Shown here one piece after another: positions 54,430 through 64,000 of a stretch of DNA of 64,000 bases. Both the position numbers and the translations under genes were made by a program. Position 1 is the stretch's first letter. Each line of letters begins with the position of its first letter. A model generated the notes under the pieces. It saw only the letters and a list, made by a program, of their open reading frames with translations. It made no database searches and was not told the origin of the DNA. Source of the DNA: Macrostomum lignano (lineage: Eukaryota); the NCBI GenBank assembly GCA_002269645.1, contig NIVC01000805.1, positions 1-64,000 on the forward strand, read 5' to 3'.

Positions 54430-54830
54430 AGGTGATGGCGCCCCTTTCAAATGAAATGGCGCCCTTCTTAAATGAACTGGCGCCCTCTCAAATTCAGTTA
54501 TGAATGAACTGATGGAGTCCCTCCTCTTAAATCAGATGGCACCCAATCAAATGAAATGGCGCCCAATCTAATGAAATGGCACCCCTCTTAAAATGAAATG
54601 GCGCCCAATCTAATGAAATGGCACCCCTCTTAAAATGAAATGGCGCCCAATCAAATGATATGGCGCCCAATCAAATGAAATGGCGCCCAATCTAATGAAA
54701 TGGCACCCCTCTTAAAATGAAATGGCGCCCAATCAAATGAAATGGCGCCCAATTAAATGAAATGGTGGCCAATCAAATGATATGGCGCCCAATCGAATGA
54801 AATGGCGACCAATCAATGAAATGGCGCCGT
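54430..54830 (+). repeat. 20-bp minisatellite related to the 49515 array
   Basis: Unit aaatgaaatggcgcccaatc. Confidence 0.95.
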
Positions 54831-55099
54831 CGTGTAATGAAAAAAATGTCTGCTGTTGATGGCGCGCAAGAATCTGGATTAGCCCGGAATCAGATATCAA
54901 CTAGCTAATGCCCTCAGTGGAAGAGGGGCGCAGAGGGGTCGAGGCGGCATGTGTCTGTCTGTCTACATAATGCGGGCAAACCTGAGGGGTGAGGGGGCAA
55001 AGTGGTCCCCCCTGGTCATGGAGATTTTCCTCAATCGAGTCTGACAGGAGGATGACTGCTCAATTCCATATTCTCTTATATACATTGTAAGCCCCCCCC

Positions 55100-56420
55100 C
55101 CTACTCCTCCGTTGGGGCTGAGAGCAAAGTTTTGGAAGAAAACGAAACACGGAGAATTTCCAGTTCTCCCGCAATGTTTATCCCTCGCCGCCGCAGCACT
55201 CCCCCGCTCCCCTCTCCAGCTCAACCCCTGGGAAGATACACCTGGAGTCTATCACTTTCTGATGGCTGGCAAACACTCTTCTGCGACAGGGGACTCTAAG
55301 CCCCCTCACCCCCTGCCCTCGCATCTCCCATGCAGTCACTCCACTCCATCCCAATGCTTTGCTTTTTCCCCATCGAATGCCTGAAAACTTCTTTGGTCTT
55401 CTCCTCTTGCGACACTGTATTTCTCTTGAGAGCTTTGCAGGGACGAGAAGGCCTCTTCTTGCAGCTGCATAGCTTCATCTCTCCAGCCAGGGAGATCTGA
55501 AACGAAAATCTGGATTGACAACTCCTTTAGTTTTTGTATCGTATTAATTTTTAAAAAATCGGTTAGATGACAAGGGATGTTGGTTTTCTCAAGTTTCGAC
55601 TCCAATGGGATGGATCTCCACAGAGTTATAATTGGGTCAAGCAATTAAACAAAATCGTTTTTATATCGCTATCGCAAATTTTTTACGTCAATTTTATATT
55701 GTTTAATAATTTTTTTATTAATGCTTATAATAAGATGTTGCTCTAATGAATCAAGTGTTTTAAAGGTTCGAAAACTGATAAAACAGGAGTTATGAAACAT
55801 GTAAATTTACTAACAATAAATCATGATCATATCTGCTGTCGGGCAGGGTTCCTGTACTCCAAACTCTAGTTGTTGGTCTCCCTGTCTCTCTCAGCCCCGC
55901 CGATATTCCATCTTCCAAAACTTAATAGTTGGATCCCCCAGCATCCTTAGTCTTCATCGCTTCTCAGTGAGTCTTCAAACGCGCCAATCCCTAAAAAAGC
56001 AAGGTAAAGATTAGATTTTCCTCTCCCTGCCCTGTCCCTCTCCCTCGCTCTCTTCACCTCAGCGGCAGCAGCAGGTGAAGAGGAACCACACTGGGTTGGA
56101 AGGTCCAAAATTGGAAAATAATTCTTACTGAATAGTTAAAGACTTTTATATATTGTATATACATGCAGCCCTAACATGCGGAGCAGACCAACATTCTTCA
56201 CCACATCCAATCAATTGGCTGCCTGATTTTAGAGAGTTATAATTGCTATGAGCACACACACCGCACTGGGGGGAGAGAAGACTGACTGGACCTACTGAGC
56301 ATTGAGATTGAGACTTCGGATGGCCGTAATCCATATAGATTATACTATATAAGATGAGGTGCTGCTCAGAATGTTGTGTCAAGCCAGATCCTCCAGGAGT
56401 TTGCTGAATTGCCAACCTTC
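55100..56420 (-). mobile_element. Possible highly decayed LINE (ORF1 knuckle / APE endonuclease start)
   Basis: Fragments QCGVCAHS...GCGEEC..HVRAAC (knuckle-like), followed on the minus strand by FGRWNIGG (APE-like first strand). Many stops. Confidence 0.25.
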
Positions 56421-57972
56421 TTCACTTCTTTCCCCTATTTTTCGGGCAAGTTGAAGCCAAGTTAAATCCCCCAGTCCCCAGGCGCGTCGCGCTACGTATT
56501 GACAGAGGAGGAGTTGGCGCAAACAGCCAGGTGCAGATTAGACCACCGGGCGAGACAAACACACACACTTTCCCTCCTCGCGGCTCCTCCTGACCTCCAG
56601 CGGGCAGAACCAGCAGCTGCGCAGCAAATTGACTTCTTTGTCCGGAGTCCGTTGAAGCCTATAGGCGGATGCCAGAGGATAGAGACCAGCGTGGGAACTC
56701 CTAAACTCAGGTTTCTTCAATCAAGTCTCTATTATAAGTGAGGAAAATCTCCGTGTGTGTGTGTGCTCATAGGCTGCTGGGGGAGACTCTCCTTGGGCAA
56801 GGCAGGTGTTTCGCAGTCTCAGATGAGTATTAGGGAATCTTGGCACCTCTGTTTTTATTGTTATAGAGTTTATTTCCCCTACCTACCAGTCTCCCGTTAC
56901 CGTGAGAACTCGCGTCTGCTGCAGCAGCTTCATTACCTCGGCGCTGATTGCTTAAATAAAGAATTTGGAGATGCAGGAAATTCTATTAATTTGCCAGCGG
57001 CCTCTAGCGGTTCTGTTTTTACACCGTTGATTCGGAATAAAATTGAGCCTTGCGCATGCAGCCGTGGAAAATGAGGAAATCTATTCTCTCTAGCCTCTCC
57101 AGATTATTGTTTTTATTTCCCATCTAGAATTGCCTCATTCACTGAGAGCTCTTTTTTTATCTGAATGGCGTTCTATCGAAACTGGAGTGAATTTCGCTCT
57201 TGATAAACTTTTTTATTGCTGATTTTCTTCAATATCAGTCAAGTAATTGATCGATTTAAATTCAAAAAGACGCAAATAGTAAAACAAAATACAATTATAT
57301 GCGGCATGCAAGTATAACTTAGAGAATAAAATTTTCGTATATTAGATTTTTTAATAAATATTTGTAAATTAACGCGAATGTAACTTCGACAATTGGTTGT
57401 ACATGATAATTTATCATTCACTTTCTTGTTGGCAATTTAAATAACGCATATATACGAAATAAGATAGTCGCTAAGATTAACAATAAACAATTGCAAGCGA
57501 TGTTTACAAAACCAGTGACAAACTCTGCAATATGCAACATACGATGCAAGCTTCAAACATCAGAAACCGAACTTATGCTATTTAGAAAAGAAACAATTAA
57601 CAATATAAGCAGGAAAAAGCGAATTTAGAAGCATTTCTTCTTGAGTCAATAGACTACAAATTTAATTTCTATACAAAAGAGATTGTTGACCTCCAAATTA
57701 GTTGAACATTGAATGGCGGTGTGCAATGCAGCAACGAGGTACAGGTATGTGTGCGTATGTGAACTGTTTATCAAGGGCTAGATAGTATGTATCGCTGACA
57801 CCATTTACCACCAGAAAGCAATTTTAAGCAAACAAGCTAATATATAGCACGACTCTGCTATATTGTTTTACATGTTTTTACAATTAAATAATTATAGCAC
57901 TTGTGCACAAATTTTCGATTGTCTCGCTAAGCGATTAAGAGTCGCAGAGATGCAATGTTACTCAATACTAGC

Positions 57973-60900
57973 TCAGCTCACCAGCTCAGCCTGAGGCGCA
58001 ATCAACGGCTCGTCTTCTTCATCCTCGTCCTCGGCCAGCATCTCCTCGTCAACGTCCTCCTCTTCGGCGTCGTAGAAGTCCTCGTCCTCGTCCTCGTCGG
58101 TTCTGGGATCCTCCGACTCCGGGATGACATTGCCGAAGCGTTCGTGATTCCGGAGATGTCGCTCCAGGTTGGCCCGCTGACCGAATCGTCTGGAGCAGGT
58201 GGCGCACTCGAACGGTCGCTTCTTTTGGTGGATGTTCTTCAGGTGGCGCTGCATGTTGGAGCTGATGCTGAACGCGCGGTCGCAGATGGGGCACTGGTAC
58301 GGCTGCTCGCCTGTGTGCGTTCGAATGTGACGCGACAGATTTGCTGCCCTGGGAAACGATTTGCCGCAGAATTCGCAGGTGTGCCGGCCACGACGGAGCT
58401 GACCGCCGAGGACGCCGTTGGCACCGCCGCCGTCGCTATGGTGTCGCTGGTGCTGATGATGCGGCTGCGGATGCTGCGGGTGCAGCAGCTGCGACGGCGG
58501 AGGATTCCGTTGCGGCGACGGTTCCGATTTGCCTCCGTCGCTGGGCTCGATGAAGCGCCGATTGACCAGACTCCAGAACGCGGCCGGGTCCATCACTTTC
58601 GGCAGGGCCAAGATGCTGCTGTCGGCGGCTCCGCTGCAGCCGCCGCTGCTGCTGTTGCTGCTGTTGCTCGACTGCGGAGTTGGCGACAGCTTAGTTTGCT
58701 TTGCTGACGCGGCAGTGCGGGTTGTTGGCGAGGCCGACTTTAACTGACGCTTTCGCTTATGCCGTTGAACCGTAGGCTGCTGATCCAGTTCACCGTCGCT
58801 GCGGGCTTCCATCTCTTTTGGCTCGTCTTTCGCCGAAGCAACTTCCGATCCGCGAAGCTCCAGTTGGTTCTCTTCGTCGTAGTCGTCATTGTCGACGTCG
58901 TCAATAACCTGCTGTCGTTCAATGCGTTTCGGCACGCTGAGGTCCAGTGGCAGACCGTCTACACGTTTGCGATCCTCTGTGACGTCATCCCCATTTTCGG
59001 TCGGCGACTTGAAAGCCTCCTCCCCCACAACCAGATCCGATGGCTCATCGACCAGCGCGGAGGTGGATTGAGCCGCCGGCGACATTGATTGCTCCATCGA
59101 CGAGTGCTGATGCTCTTCTGGCAGCTCCCTGGAGAGCTGCTGTCGAACCTCCGGCGTTGTTGACGAATGAGACGATGGCGGTGGCGGTGGTAGCGGTGGT
59201 GGCGGCGGTGGGGTCAGTTTGGGCAGCTGGAACGGGCGCTGCCGTTGCTGGAGCTCCTGTTGCTGATGAGGCGAGCCACCAGCGGCTGCCGCGGCAGCAA
59301 TCGACTGCAGAAACTTGCGCTGCAGATCGCGATAGAACTCCGGCAGTCCTGCTGGCCCGCCCGAGCGGTGGTGGTGTTGAGAGTTCGACAGCGACGGAGG
59401 CGGCGGTGGAAATGGCATCGGCCACGGCGGCCTCTGGTGCAGCGGCAGCTCCGTCGGCCACTCGGGCAGCATCGGCCGGTGATGGCTGCCAGGGAAGAAC
59501 GGCGGTGGCGGCGGCGGTGGCAACATCGACGGCGGAGGTCCCGGCGGATGCAGCATCGGGTTGGTCAACGGCGGTGGCGGCAGCAGAGCGGAATTCGCCG
59601 ACCTGTGCATCTGGTGCAGCGGGTGGTGATGATGCTGCCGGTTCCCGTTGGCATGCTGCTGTCCCGACGCGGCCTTGCTGGGACTCGGTCGCCGATGCTC
59701 CGAGCGTCTCTCGTTGGAAGCGCCGCCGCCACTGCCGCCTGAGCTGTGGCAAGTCCTCCGGTGCTTGTCCAGCGAGTGCGCCGTGGAGAAGAGCTGGTCA
59801 CAGCCTGGACAGCTGACTTTCTGACGGCAGGACGGCTGCATCCGCTTGTGCCGGCACAGGTTGGAGAACTGGGTGTAGCTTTTCTTGCAAACGTCGCATT
59901 GGAACGGCTTGTGCGTGCCGTGGATGTGCATGTGCTGCTTGAGGCCGCTGCTAGTGCCGAAGCCTTTGTCGCAGATCGGGCAGGCGTGAGGACGCGACTC
60001 GCTTCGTCCGACGCTGCCGCCTCCGCTGCCGACGCCGCTGCCTACGAGACCTCCAGCTGGATGGAAACCGGCCGACTCCAGCATGTGTTGATGACTTTCG
60101 TTGACATCCTGGTCAAGATCGGGGTCTCCAAGCAGCTCGTCGGAGCAGTAGTTCAACCGGCAGCCAATCAGCAGGTCGTCCTCTTCGTCGTCTTCTGGAC
60201 CTTCGAACTCTTCGCCATCTGGGCCGACTTCTTCCGGTTCGGCGTCCAGGTCGGCTTCGGGGAAATCGGCGAGCTCTTCTCCGGACGGATCCGGCTGGGC
60301 CTGCTGGCGGAGCTGCTGCTGCTGCTGCTGCTCCTGATCGGCTGGCGTGCTGAAATTTTGAAAAGATTGAGTTTTTGTTTTAACGGCCATCAGATCGCCA
60401 TCAAACGAAGCTGAAAATTTCCATCAGGGAAGCTAAAATGTCCACCAGGGAAGCTACAATGTCCACCAGGGAAGCTACAATGTCCACCAGGGAAGCTACA
60501 ATGTCCACCAGGGAAGCTACAATGTCCATCATGGAAGCTAAATTGTCCATCATGGAAGCTACAACTGTCCATCATGGAAGCTACAATTGTCCATCATGGA
60601 AGCTACAACTGTCCATCATGGAAGCTAAATTGTCCATCATGGAAGCTACAACTGTCCATCATGGAAGCTACAATTGTCCATCATGGAAGCTACAATTGTC
60701 CATCATGGAAGCTACAATTGTCCATCATGGAAGCTACAACTGTCCATCATGGAAGCTACAACTGTCCATCATGGAAGCTACAACTGTCCATCATGGAAGC
60801 TACAATTGTCCATCATGGAAGCTACAATTGTCCATCATGGAAGCTACAACTGTCCATCATGGAAGCTACAACTGTCCATCATGGAAGCTACAATTGTCCA

Positions 60901-63607
60901 TCATGGAAGCTACAATTGTCCACCAGGGAACGGAAGCTACAATTGTCCACCAGGGAAGCTACAATTGTCCACCAGGGAAGCTACAATTGTCCACCAGGGA
61001 AGCTACAATTGTCCACCAGGGAAGCTACAATTGTCCACCAGGGAAGCTACAATTGTCCATCATGGAAGCTACAACTGTCCATCATGGAAGCTACAATTGT
61101 CCATCATGGAAGCTACAACTGTCCATCATGGAAGCTACAATTGTCCATCATGGAAGCTACACTGTCCATCATGGAAGCTACAATTGTCCATCATGGAAGC
61201 TACAATTGTCCATCATGGAAGCTACAATTGTCCACCAGGAACGGAAGCTACAATTGTCCACCAGGGAAGCTACAATTGTCCACCAGGAAGCTACAATTGT
61301 CCACCAGGGAAGCTACAATTGTCCACCAGGGAAGCTACAATTGTCCATCATGGAAGCTACAACTGTCCATCATGGAAGCTACAATTGTCCATCATGGAAG
61401 CTACAACTGTCCATCATGGAAGCTACAATTGTCCATCATGGAAGCTACAACTGTCCATCATGGAAGCTACAATTGTCCATCATGGAAGCTACAATTGTCC
61501 ATCATGGAAGCTACAATTGTCCACCAGGGAACGGAAGCTACAATTGTCCCCAGGGAAGCTACAATTGTCCACCAGGGAAGCTACAATTGTCCACCAGGGA
61601 AGCTACAATTGTCCACCAGGGAAGCTACAATTGTCCACCAGGGAAGCTACAATTGTCCACCAGGGAAGCTACAATTGTCCACCAGGGAAGCTACAATTGT
61701 CCACCAGGGAAGCTACAATTGTCCACCAGGGAAGCTACAATGTCCACCAGGGAAGCTACAATGTCCATTCATCAAATGATATGTAAACAAAAACTGGCAT
61801 TCGTCATGCTCTCTCACCTTCCAGAACTCTCTTCCACACTATCGTTAGCCATCCCTGATGTACTATTGAGTAAAGGCACTCTATGAGACGCTGCCGGCAC
61901 CTGCTGCTGCTGCTGCTGCTGCATCAGAGCCTTGGCGACGCTCTCCGAATTGCAGCGCATCAAAGTTTTCCTCTTCTCGGCAATATCGGCGTTTGGATTT
62001 CGACAAACCGACGTCTCGTGTCGACGCAACGAGCTGATGGTCTTGAACTGGTTGCCGCACTCGGTGCAAGTGAAATTGTTACCGACTCCTGAATCAATTC
62101 ATTAGGATAGAAGGCAGTTAGTATCAGATATCTTCATGCTAAATCTTCATAAAATGGATATAGAGCATTTATTTCACCATGTTATATACCACTAGAGCAG
62201 TACCTCGTGCTATTTAGAACTTCAGTTCGCCTAATGGCATCTATGCAGAGCATTGCGAAGCGGTTATGCAATTTTGAGTATAGGCACGTTGTTCTTCAAG
62301 AGTTTGACCCTAAATATTGCTGACCTGAACTGTACATTTGCTCGCTGTCTGTTAGAATAAACTGTTTGTCCAGAAGGAAATGGATGACAGTATGATGTAC
62401 ATCGAATAAGAGTAGGAAGAGATTAGCTATAGCGATTTCGTGACCTGACTAACAAGCCTTTATTAAATACATCATTTTGCTGTGATTTTTGGCATCAGTG
62501 AACAGCGTATCTCACCTTCGATTCCTGCACCTCCGGCCAGATTTCCGCCAACTGCACCGCCGCTTCCTCCGGCTTTGGTGGCGGCCGAAGCTGCGGCGGC
62601 GGCTGCGGCAGCTGCGTGGTGCAGCCCCGCCAGCATCTGCTGCAGCGACGCTGGCGACGACCCTGGCGGCGGCGGTGGTGGTGGCGGCGGCGGTGGTGGC
62701 GCCAGAAATCGAGCCGACGATGTCGGTGGTCTGGACGACGGAGGGGGTAGCGGCGGCGGCGGCGGCGGCCGCATCCCAGGCGGCAGCAGGTGGCTCAACG
62801 AGCTGAACAAGCCGGGAGGAAACGGAGCCACCGGCGAGCTTCCACTTGACATCGGCGGCAGCAGCGGTGGCAGTGAGGGCGGCTGATACTGCTGATGCAT
62901 CGTCAGCGCCGCTGAGCCGCCTCTTCCACCAGCTGACGCCGCGGCTGCGTAGAGCTGCTCGAGGATCATCAGGTGCTGCTGCGGTTCGCCTCGCTTTTGA
63001 AATGCCGCCGCTGCTGTGGTCTGCACGGAAAGCTGCATAAAATCAAATGCGAAACAGATTAGGGAATGACTAATCATATCTATAAGCCGTTTGGAATATT
63101 AACAGGTGTGTTTGAGCTACCCGATAGATTGGATTTGTGTCATCGGGCAGTCAGCTAGTCTGTCAGCCTCCCCCCCCATAGGCGCAATTTAATTAAGCTA
63201 CAAAAAATCAGAGCAGTTATAGGTCTTATAAGATATGTATTGGAACTGCTTGGGGAGGCTCCATCGGATTCTGCAGGCTCAAACACCATGGATAATGCAT
63301 GCTTCCACGATAACGCTGATTCGAAGGCCGAACACAAACACACCATGCAGCTCAGCCTTCGAGTATAAGCTCAGTAACCCCAAGTTGAGTAGCTAGTCTT
63401 GTCTAAATAGTTATAAGCGATAAGAGATTTAGTTGAAGGAAGAACACACATCCCAGGAAGCTGATTAACTACATAGCCAGCATCATTGTTAATTGATTAA
63501 TATTGAGACACATGAAACGGGTCGAGGGCTTATATAATAAGTATAATTTCTATCAAAAGCTGAAAGATTCATTGGCTCACCTCATCGGGAAACAGACTGC
63601 TGGCCAT
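57973..63607 (-). CDS. MECOM: MECOM(EVI1)/PRDM16/hamlet/egl-43 family zinc-finger transcription factor, about 1063 aa if it starts at 63607
   Basis: Exons 63607-63581, 63032-62516, 62088-61818, 60349-57973 (phases match, 3192 nt). EVI1-type fingers [48 protein letters not shown]; CtBP motif PLDLS. The true start may lie further upstream. Confidence 0.93.
60420..61765 (+). repeat. 21-22-bp minisatellite filling a MECOM intron
   Basis: Two variants, gggaagctacaattgtccacca and tggaagctacaa(c/t)tgtccatca, in alternating blocks. Confidence 0.98.
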
Positions 63608-64000
63608 TGAGAGTTTACTGCGGGGATCCGTTGTTGCAGTATCTGTCAGAGGTGTGAGATTGCAAAAGTTGCTATTGCGAGATGTGCACGAATTACTGGG
63701 AACAGTCTGCGTGCCAGTTTAGGCGGTAATAAATAATAATTCTCACAAACCGGGAAAATATTGGGAGAAATTTGAGCTTCAGAGACTGCATGCTGCAAGA
63801 CCATGCGCGCATGCTGCAGTTGGACATGCTGGAAAAGGGAGAAACGCAAACGGAAACTGCAGGGATGGAGTAAGAAAGCAGGAACTGAGAGAGCGGGCAA
63901 GGACTCCCATGCAGACACCGCTTTTGTGGACAATGCCACCCCAGTCACAGCACAGGCTGCGCGAGAATTGGTAATGGGATGCCGCGCGCAGAGGACCAAG

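Noticed and set aside
57955-60414. Plus-strand ORFs of 165-258 aa
   Set aside because: Antisense shadows of the GC-rich MECOM exon.
60438-61886. Three long plus-strand ORFs (370-482 aa)
   Set aside because: Stop-free 22-bp repeat in a MECOM intron, on the antisense strand.

Overview
Eukaryotic (metazoan) genomic DNA. GC-rich, low-complexity-rich exons sit in AT-rich sequence, and most introns are filled by their own private minisatellite. This style suggests a flatworm such as Macrostomum (inference only). Genes supported by motif recognition and phase-consistent GT-AG junctions: 5' part of unc-80 (minus); a membrane-anchored pectin-acetylesterase/Notum-family protein whose catalytic Ser and His appear replaced (plus, 3 exons); a BTBD10/KCTD20 ortholog (plus, 5 exons); three tandem intronless zinc-motif/coiled-coil/NHL-propeller (RING-less TRIM-like) paralogs plus a pseudogene; an extracellular sulfatase SULF1/2 ortholog (plus, 5 exons); and a MECOM/PRDM16/hamlet-type zinc-finger gene (minus, at least 4 exons). 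Mobile DNA: a Tc1-like relic with a nested Harbinger-type MITE, a MITE carrying a 46-bp array, two hAT-type MITE copies (one with a nested LINE 3' fragment), a CORE-type SINE and about 18 tandem arrays. Best leads: the PAE/Notum-like pseudoenzyme, the diversifying TRIM/NHL-like cluster, and the link between intron minisatellites and MITE shells. All homology calls are from recalled family motifs; no searches were run.
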